Positions 9,160 through 19,016 of a DNA stretch of 64,000 bases are shown one piece after another; the stretch's first letter is position 1, and every line of letters starts with the position of its first letter. A program made the translations under genes and the position numbers. A model generated the notes under the pieces. It worked only from the letters and a program-made list of their open reading frames with translations. It searched no databases and was not told the origin of the DNA. This stretch comes from Nitrosopumilus sp. (GTDB taxonomy: Archaea; Thermoproteota; Nitrososphaeria; Nitrososphaerales; Nitrosopumilaceae): NCBI GenBank assembly GCA_965223425.1, contig OZ245003.1, positions 160,001 through 224,000 on the forward strand. Direction: 5' to 3'.

Positions 9160-9706
9160 TTAAAAATATTGTTTTTCTCCAATCTTTACAGTTGATACTT
9201 CTAATTTCTTAAGATGCCCTAATGCTCATGAATCATTAATTAAATTCATTAATTTTTCATTTTTAACATATTAGGTGTAGTGACTGCCTCTTCAAAATCA
9301 TAAAGTTTTATCACTCCATTTCTAACATTTTCAGATTCAATTTTTTTATTATGTGCAAAATCATCTCTGATTTCTCTGGTCTCATCAAGCTTTTGTTGAA
9401 TTTTTACTCTTGCACTTTCATCAATTTTATTTTTAAAATCTATATGATGTTTCATTATTCTAGATAACCAAACAATTTTTGTACCAAATGATGCGGTTTG
9501 ATCTTCATCAAACACTGTTTTTGCCCATAAGGGAAAATCATTTTTATATAGTAAAAATAAAACTGGCATAATTACAATAAGTGTAGAATCTAACACTGCT
9601 ACGCAGCTTAAGAAATTTCTCTGAATTCTGTTAACCAAGTTAACATATTCTTTGTCTGTGGATTTTTTAGATCTTCAGGTAAATCAAAACCAGATGGTTC
9701 GCCCAT
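9160..9706 (-). pseudogene. decayed HEPN-like (RxxxxH) protein gene
   Basis: MGEPSGFDLPEDLK / frameshift / STDKEYVNLVNRIQRNF...RDDFAH... / second frameshift and in-frame TGA near the 3' end. Confidence 0.55.
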
Positions 9707-9870
9707 GAATTCATCTCTAAAAAAATACCTGAATAGATTTTTCAGTCAATTATAGTGTTAAAATGACAAAATGTCCCCTTTGTGGAGCCATTAGATGATG
9801 ATGATACATCTCTTCTGCAGCCTCATATTCAAAAAATTTACCCTTAAAGAAAAATATCATTCCTGAAGCC

Positions 9871-9928
9871 TAAATTTTGTTAGTTAAATTTTATGTACTG
9901 TAAACCAATCTTTACACTTGAAATTAAG
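9871..9928 (+). promoter_or_regulatory. cdvB-paralogue promoter: upstream 21-bp motif plus TATA-like ATTAAG
   Basis: TAAATTTTGTTAGTTAAATTT at -80..-60 and ATTAAG at -28; same motifs and spacing upstream of the second cdvB. Confidence 0.7.
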
Positions 9929-9950
9929 TACGTATTTTAAAATTAAACTC

Positions 9951-10592
9951 ATGCCTAATTTACATAATAAATGGTCAAAACAACCACGACCAGGCATTGG
10001 TGAAAAAATTAATGATACTCTCAAGCCTAAAGGTCCTTTAAAACCAAGAGTACAGGAAGGAATTAAAAAATTACAATTACAAATTAAAAAATTAGATTCA
10101 ATGTTGACCAATTTACAAGAACGTGATGCAAAACTATTTCAACGAATTGTAGAGGCTACACAAAAACATGATACTCAAACCAGTAAAGTTCTTGGTAATG
10201 AATTAGCAGAAGTAAGAAAAGTTACAAAAATTTTGAGCAGTGCTAGAATAGCATTAGAACAGATTGAATTACGATTAACTACTTGTAGTGATCTTGGAGA
10301 TACTGTAGTTGCAATCATGCCAACTATGGGGCTGATGAAGAATCTAAAATCTTCTCTTGGTAAGATAATGCCTGGAGCAGAACAAGAAATCGGTCAAATG
10401 GCAGAAATGCTTGGAGGATTTATGACAGAAAGTTTCTCAGGAGACTCAGCATTTGGAGTTGATGAAACTACCAATTCAGAATCTGAAGCAATTCTTAAAG
10501 AAGCTGCCGCTGTTGCAGAAAGTTCTGCAGGCCAAATGTTTCCTTCAGTTCCAACAGAGACACAAGAAGCAACTACTGCAAAATTTCTATAA
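9951..10592 (+). CDS. cdvB: ESCRT-III/Snf7-family cell division protein (CdvB paralogue)
   Basis: PLKPRV...LGNELAEVRK...LEQIELRLTT..DLGD; paralogous to 42680-43330; start set at ATG 9951. Confidence 0.92.
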   Translation: MPNLHNKWSKQPRPGIGEKINDTLKPKGPLKPRVQEGIKKLQLQIKKLDSMLTNLQERDAKLFQRIVEATQKHDTQTSKVLGNELAEVRKVTKILSSARIALEQIELRLTTCSDLGDTVVAIMPTMGLMKNLKSSLGKIMPGAEQEIGQMAEMLGGFMTESFSGDSAFGVDETTNSESEAILKEAAAVAESSAGQMFPSVPTETQEATTAKFL

Positions 10593-10601
10593 TTCTAAAA
10601 T

Positions 10602-11075
10602 TTAATCGCCAAGGGGCTCTCTGGATTCTCTAATTTTCTTTACTCTGTTGCCTTCATCATCAATAACTCTGTCAACTCCCGAAAGTTTTTCTTTTAAATT
10701 GTTGATAATTGTCCCTACTTCATCAGCTTCATTTTCTACCTGTTTTCTTTTACTTGCAAGTTCTTGAATTCCTCTGTTTTCTTCATCTATGTACTCACTA
10801 ACTTTTTGTAACTTCTCCTTGAGATTTTTAATATCTACTGATTCCTCTTCGATATCTTTTTCAAGTAAAGTTCTCTTATCTTTGAGATTTTTAATCATTA
10901 AACCAACATAATCAATTGCCTCCTCTAATTTTGCACGTTTTCCCATCAACTCTCCAATCCCAATCTCACTTGCAGATTCAATTGAAGTAGATTCTGTAGA
11001 TTCCGAATTGACGTTTTCTTCAGTTTTCTCTTCTACTCTTTCTCCACCTTCTCCTTTTTTGAATTTATCAAACAT
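10602..11075 (-). CDS. coiled-coil hypothetical protein
   Basis: Long heptad, E/K-rich region; convergent with cdvB. Confidence 0.8.
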   Translation of the reverse strand: MFDKFKKGEGGERVEEKTEENVNSESTESTSIESASEIGIGELMGKRAKLEEAIDYVGLMIKNLKDKRTLLEKDIEEESVDIKNLKEKLQKVSEYIDEENRGIQELASKRKQVENEADEVGTIINNLKEKLSGVDRVIDDEGNRVKKIRESREPLGD

Positions 11076-11325
11076 TTTATGATTTTCTTTTCAAATTGGG
11101 AATAAAAAGTTATTATGAATCTCAAAGCTGACCTTGTGAATAATTTTTAGTCAATTAAAGAAAAAATGGTGATTATCTCACCGATATTGAATTTCTGACT
11201 TCTTCGATAAGGCCTTTGGTCTTTCTGAATACATGGTCAATTCTCCAAACTGCAAAATTTTGATATCTTGATCTACCCAGGATCGATTTTTTGGAAAATT
11301 CTGGTATCTTTTTGACTGAAACGCA

Positions 11326-11348
11326 TGTTCCGCTTTGTGTTCCGCTTT
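11326..11348 (+). promoter_or_regulatory. tandem 11-bp direct repeat, putative operator
   Basis: TGTTCCGCTTT at 11326-11336 and 11338-11348, upstream of the wHTH regulator operon. Confidence 0.55.
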
Positions 11349-11395
11349 AAAGTTTCAAAATGTCCCTCATAAAGCTAATAGTCGTACACCAAGAC

Positions 11396-11683
11396 ATGTC
11401 AAAACAACAATACAGGTCCGAAATGGGCATAATGGGTGATATCTTAGACGTTACCGCCGACGGCGGTCGTGATGGAATCATTGTATCTGCAATCTCTCGT
11501 AAAGCCAACCTATCTCACTATGCAGTACTAGACAAATGTGAGAAACTGGTAGAAGCAGGCTTGGTCGAATCCGTCAAAAATGACAGGAACAGAGTCTTTT
11601 TGATAACTGAAAAAGGACTACAATTTTTTCAGGAATTCAAAAGATTCCAGGGACTAGTAGAAAGCATGAATCTAAGGTATTGA
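11396..11683 (+). CDS. winged helix-turn-helix transcriptional regulator
   Basis: YRSEMGIMGDIL...ISRKANLSH...LVEAGLV...ITEKG. Confidence 0.9.
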   Translation: MSKQQYRSEMGIMGDILDVTADGGRDGIIVSAISRKANLSHYAVLDKCEKLVEAGLVESVKNDRNRVFLITEKGLQFFQEFKRFQGLVESMNLRY

Positions 11684-11687
11684 GCAA

Positions 11688-12737
11688 ATGAACTCTCAAA
11701 TCGTACCAATTCATAGGAAAGAGTCTCTTCGGGAGGATGGAATGCTTTTTGTAAGGACTGATGGTATCCTCGAAACAATGGTTAAGGCCCCTTTGATAAT
11801 TACCGGCTTGATTGTTGTTGCGCTAACAATGCCAATACAGCCTTCGTTCAGCTCCACTCGAACTCTTGATCTTACCCTCTACTCAGATGGGTCAGTGCAT
11901 GTCTCTACTCAACTAGACGTGAATCCACTAGAGCCTGATTTTGAAGTTAGCCTATTTGGTCCATCTGTTGACAACTTTGTCGCAGTTGGTGAAAATGGCT
12001 TTTTGTTATCTAGCGAAATAATCGGTGATAAAGTAACTGTGGACACTTTTGGTTCTTCATCTATTACAATTGATTATGATGTCCATGACTTGATTTCAAA
12101 AGAAGGAAGAATCTGGACTTTTTCTCTTGATTCACAAAATGATTATTCGTTATTAATGCCGCCAAACTCTATTATCGTTGGTATGAGTGCATTTCCATCA
12201 AACATGGAGTTGGTTAATGATCAAACAAAATTAGACTTGGGCACTGGCATGTCCGAAATTAATTACGTCTTTGGTAACACAAACCCATCAACCACAAACC
12301 CATCAACCACAAACCCATCAACCACAAACCCTGTGCAAACAACTATTGATATTTCTACAATTGCTATAATTGGCGGTTCTGTTGCAGCAGCTACAGCTGG
12401 GGCAATAATTACCCTTAAAAGAAAACAAACAAAATCTTCATCTGTTTTAGAAACTGAATCTAGTTCTCAATCTCAAACAACTATTGATTCTCTTGACACT
12501 GAAACTATTTTCAATCTACGACCGGAAATGCGTGAGGATGACAAAGAAATTGTTAAATTTATTTATGAAAATGGTGGACAAGCTTTGGAAAGTGAATTAA
12601 GAAAGAAATTCCTTCAACCTAGAACTACAATGTGGAGAGCAGTAAAACGGTTAGAACGACAAGGAATAATTGAAATTTCCAAAAAAGACTTGCACAACCT
12701 GGTTAAATTGAAGAAAGAACTGGAGGAAGAAGAATGA
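11688..12737 (+). CDS. membrane-anchored transcriptional regulator (extracellular domain, TM, C-terminal wHTH; COG2512-like)
   Basis: Signal-like segment, beta-rich domain, TNPST linker, TM, then ESELRKKF..PRTTMWRAVKRLERQG; true start may be 11778. Confidence 0.85.
   Translation: MNSQIVPIHRKESLREDGMLFVRTDGILETMVKAPLIITGLIVVALTMPIQPSFSSTRTLDLTLYSDGSVHVSTQLDVNPLEPDFEVSLFGPSVDNFVAVGENGFLLSSEIIGDKVTVDTFGSSSITIDYDVHDLISKEGRIWTFSLDSQNDYSLLMPPNSIIVGMSAFPSNMELVNDQTKLDLGTGMSEINYVFGNTNPSTTNPSTTNPSTTNPVQTTIDISTIAIIGGSVAAATAGAIITLKRKQTKSSSVLETESSSQSQTTIDSLDTETIFNLRPEMREDDKEIVKFIYENGGQALESELRKKFLQPRTTMWRAVKRLERQGIIEISKKDLHNLVKLKKELEEEE
12279..12331 (+). repeat. 15-bp coding tandem repeat (3.5 copies) encoding a TNPST linker
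   Basis: ACAAACCCATCAACC x3 plus ACAAACCC. Confidence 0.95.
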
Positions 12738-13759
12738 AAACTATCACAACTTTTGGCCTATTGATCTTAGTTGCCAGTATGGCACTTGGAGGCATGACTA
12801 GTAATGTTTCTGCTCAAGATGATCCTGCTGTTCTTCTAAAGATCGCAAAACGTGCACAAGAACAAGTCCATAATCAAATTTCCAATGACTCTTCAGATAA
12901 AGTAAAGGGTTTGTTTGAAGAGGGAACCCAAAAAGTCAATGCTTTGGAAAAAGCACTTGGGAACGGTGATGTTGACTCTGCAAAGGAAAACTTTCTTTCT
13001 GCTATGAAGATTTTCAAAGAAATTTTTAGACATTTAGCAACATCATCTGATAATGTATCTACTGAAGAATCCGTTCCAAGTGATTCCATTTCTGTAGAAA
13101 CCAATGTTAAAGATCCATCAAATGATCTTCAAAGATTACAAGGATATGTTGATAATCTAAAAACAATTGCTATAAAACATAATGTTCCAGTTGATTTTTC
13201 TGAATTAGATGAATTGTTTGTTAAAGCAAGACAACAGATAAGCGATCATCAATTTGCTTTGGCATTGGAAACACTTTATGAAATTAAAGAGATTACTGTA
13301 GAAATAGACAAAGAGCTTCGTGAAGAAGCCTTAAAACAAGAATCTCAACGCGCTAAAGATTACGCTCAAAAATATCTAGAACAGCTTGATCGATTAATAG
13401 AACACGCTAAAAAACAGGGCGTTGCTGACGAAATTATAGAACAACTAGAAACAGCCAAAGAAAATCTTTCTTCAGCAGATAATCCACGTGAGATTGTTAA
13501 GGAAATCAGGAAAATCATGTCACTTAAGGATCAATTTGAATTAACAAAAAATGACGGACTTGAATCTAGAGTTTTACAAGTTGAAAAAACATTATCAGAG
13601 TTATCTCAAACAGATGGAGTAGATCCGGATGATCTGGCAGATGCCGAAGAAACACTTCAAAGTATCAAACGCTATCTAACAGAAGGCGAATTTGATACAG
13701 CTAATCAACTTTTGATATATCTGGAAAACCAATTACAAGAAACTAAAAATTCTCTCTAA
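12734..13759 (+). CDS. secreted helical/coiled-coil protein
   Basis: Signal peptide ending VSA-QD; all-alpha; ATGA overlap with the upstream gene. Confidence 0.85.
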   Translation: MKTITTFGLLILVASMALGGMTSNVSAQDDPAVLLKIAKRAQEQVHNQISNDSSDKVKGLFEEGTQKVNALEKALGNGDVDSAKENFLSAMKIFKEIFRHLATSSDNVSTEESVPSDSISVETNVKDPSNDLQRLQGYVDNLKTIAIKHNVPVDFSELDELFVKARQQISDHQFALALETLYEIKEITVEIDKELREEALKQESQRAKDYAQKYLEQLDRLIEHAKKQGVADEIIEQLETAKENLSSADNPREIVKEIRKIMSLKDQFELTKNDGLESRVLQVEKTLSELSQTDGVDPDDLADAEETLQSIKRYLTEGEFDTANQLLIYLENQLQETKNSL

Positions 13760-13798
13760 TGTGTTATCATAAACTTCATATACATTTTCTAAACAGCA

Positions 13799-13999
13799 TT
13801 GAACATGGCATCTAAGGCAATTGTAGTTGGAGTTGCGATTCCAATGATTATAGTGGGTGGCTTGATGGCTTGGTTATGGGCTCCAATGGAAGAAGATCTT
13901 CAAAATCAAGTAGAATTAGTTGGAAGCACCATCGGTATATTGGGAATAGTGTTCTTTATCACGGGATTGTTCTATTCAAAAGAACCTGTAATGCATTAG
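13799..13999 (+). CDS. small two-TM membrane protein
   Basis: Two hydrophobic helices. Confidence 0.75.
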   Translation: MNMASKAIVVGVAIPMIIVGGLMAWLWAPMEEDLQNQVELVGSTIGILGIVFFITGLFYSKEPVMH

Positions 14000-14040
14000 A
14001 AACTCATTGAATAAATAATGAAAAAAACTACTATTATCAC

Positions 14041-14754
14041 TTGAAAGTAAGACTATTTGAGATATTTACATCCGTCGAAGGTGAAGGCATCCTATATGGA
14101 ACAAAGACTCTCTTTGTAAGACTAGCCGGATGTCCCTTCACCTGTTTTTATTGTGACACCAAAGAATCCCTTCCACTTGATTCCGGTACAGAATATTCAA
14201 TTGAAGAAGCAAATCAACTGATTGATTCTAATCTCAAAAACCAAACCTACAAAGTTAATTTTACCGGTGGTGATCCATTAATTCAACACGAAGCCGTAGC
14301 TTTACTTGCCAAGCACATACAAGACAAAAAAATTCCTACATATCTCGAGTCATCATGTTTTGATATTGATAGATTTAATCATGTTTTACCATTTATTGAT
14401 ATTGTAAAGATTGAGTTTAAAACAAAAGACTCTGATTTTGTAGACTCTGAACATTATAAAAAATTAATTGATCATACTATGAAATGTCTTGAATCCTCTG
14501 TAAAGACAGAGAAAACAACTTATATCAAAATTGTAGTTAGCTCAAAAACTCAATTAAACGAATTTAAAAAATTGATAAATCAAATTTTTGACGTTGTTTC
14601 TAAAGATCAAATTGATGGATTTATTATACAACCCACTTATGGCATCTCTGAACCATCATTGGATCTTTTGTTAAGTTTGTATGATATAGTGTATCCGTAT
14701 TATGTTGATGTCAAAGTAGTTCCACAATTACACAAATTCATTGGAGCACCATAA
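14041..14754 (+). CDS. queE: 7-carboxy-7-deazaguanine synthase (radical SAM)
   Basis: EIFTSVEGEG, VRLAGCPFTCFYCDT, TGGDP, PQLHK. Confidence 0.93.
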   Translation: MKVRLFEIFTSVEGEGILYGTKTLFVRLAGCPFTCFYCDTKESLPLDSGTEYSIEEANQLIDSNLKNQTYKVNFTGGDPLIQHEAVALLAKHIQDKKIPTYLESSCFDIDRFNHVLPFIDIVKIEFKTKDSDFVDSEHYKKLIDHTMKCLESSVKTEKTTYIKIVVSSKTQLNEFKKLINQIFDVVSKDQIDGFIIQPTYGISEPSLDLLLSLYDIVYPYYVDVKVVPQLHKFIGAP

Positions 14755-15589
14755 CATTGCCACCTGCCTAAACCTGTCTAGATACCAGTTTCCGACATGT
14801 TTTTTTATTGACGTGACATTTTTTAGATTATGAAAGGAGGTTCCAACATACGATATGAGATAATACCTGCATTTGAAGAGTCCAAAAACTACAATGTACA
14901 CATCACAGAAAGCTACAGTCAAATTCTTTGTCGTCTACAGCAAAAGGGAAATGTGTTTAGCCCACAAGAATTTTGTGACAGAAATCAGGATCTCTTCTCA
15001 GCAGGTAAAAGATCAAAAGAGAGTTTTAGATCTGCCGGGTTCTGAGTGATGAGGGAAAAGAAATGTATCTGAATGCAAGTAATACGAAAATATCCAAAAA
15101 TGAAGAGATAAAAGAGAATGCCATAAAAAAACAAATGAAAGAATACAGGATTAACAGAAACACAGCAATTCTAAACCTCAGAAAATGGCGACCTGATGTT
15201 TTTTAAATTACTGTCTAGTAACTGAACTGTAAAGTTATGAAAAAAACTAGTTTCCTAAAGTGCAGATCCGACATCCCGTTTGATCCAAGCTGCCGTCTTC
15301 AAGCCCGACCCCGGTGAACAACCCGACAATGACGGCAATTACTGGAGGACCATAATGGGTCTTTTGGATGCCGTAAGCGAGATGAAATCCCAGATTGATT
15401 CCATGAAAAAAGACAATCACAAAAAACTAGAGTTCTGCTGCGTTGGCTGCAGTAGTCCACGAGATGCAAGAGTGTCCTGCCTGCGGCTCCCAGCTGAGGA
15501 GAATTTACGAGCCTGCCTGACACGCTGTTAAGACCTGCCGGTTCCCAGAAAATGAAAAAAATATTAGTGGATTTTTAATTCAACAAGCA

Positions 15590-15913
15590 ATGGAGCCTGA
15601 CTATTCCGGCATGGCAACTGACTTGTTAAACGCAGGAATGGGCGATGTCGGCAGATTAAAGTTCATTATTGAATGCATCAAAAATCAAAAGCCGTTATAC
15701 AATACAGACAAGTCATACCTGACACGAAAATACCAGGAACTTGAAACAAAACTAGAGGCATTATCAGGCAAGAAAAAACCCAAGACCATAATATCTGAAA
15801 ATGAGTCAGATAAGATTGTAGACCAGGCACTGTCCAGAGAAAATCAACCGGAGACAGCCATGCCCCCAAGCAAACAAAGATCATTTCTTAGAAGACTGTT
15901 TGGCAGAAGATGA
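15590..15913 (+). CDS. hypothetical protein
   Basis: 107-aa ORF, TTTTTAA box upstream, amphipathic basic C-terminus SFLRRLFGRR. Confidence 0.7.
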   Translation: MEPDYSGMATDLLNAGMGDVGRLKFIIECIKNQKPLYNTDKSYLTRKYQELETKLEALSGKKKPKTIISENESDKIVDQALSRENQPETAMPPSKQRSFLRRLFGRR

Positions 15914-16436
15914 CAAAAAAGCCTGTCAACAAAAAGATTCAAGCGGTTTTTCTTCTAAATGTTCACAAATCTGTTTTTTACAATCATCTAGTCTGTTGTA
16001 TAACCACACCTAAACTAGTAAAAACAACGAGAATTTTTGTACTTGAAATTGAAGTTATGCAACAGACTATGACTCAGGATCACTTTTTAAATCATGCATT
16101 CATACAAAAAAATAGTAGGCTAGAAGCACAAATAACCAATAGTGCCAGATTTTGTCAGTTTTCAAGTCATTTGATGCCTCTACTAAGATGATTCAGGATT
16201 CTGTCCTTGCCAAAGTCTTCTTAAAATTTAAAATCATTCATTTGAAATTCCCTAGCCCATTCCATTAAAGTTTAATTGAGATGTAGGCCCTCTGCATTTG
16301 AATTTGATTTGAATTAACTTCATTCGAGTTTAATTTTAATTTAATTGAAGATGTGCCGCCCGCCCCTCTCCCCCAAGATTCTGATTTGATTTGATTTTTT
16401 AATTTTAAAGGAGCGCGCATGGCAGAAACGCAATGG

Positions 16437-17070
16437 TGTAATATACCAAAATCATTTCGCCTAGTCATGCAGGTTCTCCTCCATCCATTTTGGGTCACTT
16501 TTCCTGATCGCCTCGGTTGCCTTTTTGTCTGAGAACGCCCTCAGCGGCGTCTGGAGGTTGTAGATGTCAAGCGAGAAGTGCAGCCTTTTCTCGTTGTAGT
16601 ATTGCACATACGCAGACAGACTCTCATAGTGCCATATCTCAGTAGCAATTCGACCTCAAGGCCGTAGGTCTCCACATTTCCCTTTGCCTTTTTTCTGCCG
16701 TTTTGTACCACAAGGCACGGGCCACTGTCAAGCAGTATTGCTGTAGGGGTTCCAAACTTGGCTGTTGCATTTTGAAGAATACCTTACCGCGTTCTCCAAG
16801 ATGACCTGCGTAAACAGCAACTGTGCTGTTGTTTTCCTTCATTGTTTTGTGTGTGGTGCATAGGCGTACATCCTCTGGATGTGCCTTTGTGATACGTGCA
16901 TCTCTTGTACAATTCTGACAGGCAGGCCTGCTCTTTGTGCAGTGTCGTATGATATACTTTATTTTGCTGGTTGTCAGTCTTTTTACCGTTAATTTTTTGG
17001 ATCGGTACAGGATCAGGTATTCCTTTGCAGTACATCTAAAATTAGTGCGACCTAATTTCCGTACAAGACA
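16437..17070 (-). mobile_element. internally deleted IS481-like element
   Basis: TGT...ACA imperfect 24-bp IRs; HTH remnant (KIKYIIRH..VSQRHIQRMY) and C-terminus YYNEKRLHFSLDIYNLQTPLRAFSDKKATEAIRKSDPKWMEE. Confidence 0.8.
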
Positions 17071-17082
17071 GTGAAAATATGG

Positions 17083-17847
17083 TCACTTCATCACTTTTGA
17101 AACAATTTTGAGTATTTTTTGAGACACGTCAGCAAAAGATGGAGGTTTTTGTTGTAAAAGAGGCTGTAAATCTCGTATCCAAAACTCCTCTTTCTCAACA
17201 ACGCCCTCTTTGAACTCGTCCATATTGAATTCATCCCCATAAACTGACTTGATTTTGGTCCTAACCATACCTGGATTTAGTCTCACATTTTGGTCATCTA
17301 GGAATGAAAGATCATGCAAATGCCTGGGATGTTTAGTATACAAAATGGCCCTAATTTTTTCAGCCATTATCTCTTCTATAGACATGGTGGGAATCTCAAA
17401 GGGGTTAGTAAAAGTATCATAGAAATGCAACACAGGTTTTGTAGAAGTATCTGTAAGAATATCTTTTCGTAAACTCAAATCAACTTTCACACTTGCTACT
17501 CTTCCATTAAATTGAGTATATTTGATTCTGAATTTGAAACTTTCATTTCTTCTTTCTTCATCATCAATTTCTGTAAATTGTACATCTAATCCTTTCATGT
17601 TACCCTTAACAAAATCACGAAATTCCTCTGAAACATCTTCTACACAAGTAAAATCAAGATCCTCAGAAAATCTAAAATTGTCAAAATATATCTTCTTTAG
17701 TGCAGTTCCCCCTTTGAATACCAGAGAATTAAGTTTTGGAAAATTAGCAATTATTGAAAGAAGATTAGTTAATGCATAGTCTTTTTCTAGTGTTCCTAGA
17801 GGCATATTTTGTCTATCTGCTAAACTTCGTAATTGATTTTCTTCCAT
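17083..17847 (-). CDS. abiEii: AbiEii/AbiGii-family nucleotidyltransferase toxin (type IV TA)
   Basis: LEKDY, FKGGTAL, RFSEDLDF, EKIRA, RHLHDL. Confidence 0.93.
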   Translation of the reverse strand: MEENQLRSLADRQNMPLGTLEKDYALTNLLSIIANFPKLNSLVFKGGTALKKIYFDNFRFSEDLDFTCVEDVSEEFRDFVKGNMKGLDVQFTEIDDEERRNESFKFRIKYTQFNGRVASVKVDLSLRKDILTDTSTKPVLHFYDTFTNPFEIPTMSIEEIMAEKIRAILYTKHPRHLHDLSFLDDQNVRLNPGMVRTKIKSVYGDEFNMDEFKEGVVEKEEFWIRDLQPLLQQKPPSFADVSQKILKIVSKVMK

Positions 17848-18689
17848 TAGTAATCCATCCATCCTAATAATTCTTCTTTAGTTCTGTTAATTATCAATCC
17901 ATAATCATTAGATGATTCAATTTTCTTTTTTACCGTGTTTGGGTCTAAGTATTGATATGGATATCGTTTTATTTTTGTAATAACTGATTTTGAAATAGTA
18001 TTTTCAATTTGTAAAACACCTAACAAATATCCTAATCTTTTTAACACAACATTAACTTCAACTTGCTCTGCCACTTCCAAAACTTTGATCCAATCAATTT
18101 CTTTTCGTACATTCCACATTGCTTTTGTTACTTCAGTAATTCCACCACAGTACTCGGGGTGCATTAAACCATCCACTATTGTTTTTTCTTTACTTGAAAT
18201 ATTGAATTTTGTTTTACCAGATTTGTCTTCTACAAACCCAAAGAATTTTTTCTTTGATAATGTAACAAATTCATATCGTTGATTTCCAAATTCTAATACT
18301 TTATTCTTTTTTCGTTTTGGAGTTGCAACAAAAATTGTATAGAGAATCTGCTCAGTCATTCCCCAGAAATCCATAGCAGTCCAAAATCCAACATAATATT
18401 CGTTAATTAGATGAGGAACTACTGCCCATGCTTCTTCTACCCAATAGCCTTCTACTCCTGCACGTGACGGAATAAGGAGATATTTTCCTCTTTCAATCTG
18501 GCGAATGCGTCCTTTTTGCTTTAATCCACTGACTACCAGTTTTGTTGCTGTTGCTCCTGATCCTAGTATTTTTCTGGCATCACCTATAGTGAAAGCACTG
18601 AAATTCTCCTCCTCTAGTGTGAAAAGGAGTTTTATCTCCTGAGGACCAAGTTTTATATTTTGTGTAACCATAGTATCTTCTAAAGACAT
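17847..18689 (-). CDS. abiEi: AbiEi-family antitoxin / transcriptional regulator (COG5340-like)
   Basis: N-terminal wHTH (LKQKGRIRQIERGKY), YYVGFWTAMDFWGMTEQ, SKEKTIVD, KRLGYLL; TAATG overlap with abiEii. Confidence 0.9.
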   Translation of the reverse strand: MSLEDTMVTQNIKLGPQEIKLLFTLEEENFSAFTIGDARKILGSGATATKLVVSGLKQKGRIRQIERGKYLLIPSRAGVEGYWVEEAWAVVPHLINEYYVGFWTAMDFWGMTEQILYTIFVATPKRKKNKVLEFGNQRYEFVTLSKKKFFGFVEDKSGKTKFNISSKEKTIVDGLMHPEYCGGITEVTKAMWNVRKEIDWIKVLEVAEQVEVNVVLKRLGYLLGVLQIENTISKSVITKIKRYPYQYLDPNTVKKKIESSNDYGLIINRTKEELLGWMDY

Positions 18690-18763
18690 TATGGTAACAT
18701 AAAGTATATATATTTTGTGTAACCATAGTATCTTTATAAGATACCTTAGTGACATGAAACATT
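18654..18763. promoter_or_regulatory. repeated inverted-repeat operator array over the abiE promoter
   Basis: 26-bp TATATTTTGTGTAACCATAGTATCTT at 18654-18679 and 18709-18734, each followed by an imperfect inverted half-site. Confidence 0.7.
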
Positions 18764-18769
18764 GTTACA

Positions 18770-19011
18770 TAGAAATCATCAACCAAACTAAAGAAATCAA
18801 ACACACATCCTGTGACAGTTGCAGGCCAACACACGATAAAGTAATTCTTTTTCCCTCATGGATTCATCATGTGATTTGATTTCAGAGTCAAATCTTCTTT
18901 TTATTACAGAAGATATCGCTTCAGTCTTGTTTCTCTTATGGTACTACAACGTTTCGTCAGATTCTCTTCTCATCAGTCTTCTGTATTTTCCATTTGTATC
19001 TGAAATTAAGT
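18770..19011 (-). mobile_element. IS5/IS4-type DDE transposase C-terminal remnant
   Basis: GKYRRLMRR..*YHKRNKTEAISSVIKRRFDSEIKS..REKELLYRVLACNCHRM with in-frame stops. Confidence 0.75.
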
Positions 19012-19016
19012 TGTCC

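Noticed and set aside
9662-9668. Programmed -1 frameshift at A-AAA-AAT in the HEPN-like gene
   Set aside because: The heptamer is in the right frame, but the gene also has a second frameshift and an in-frame stop, so decay is more parsimonious.
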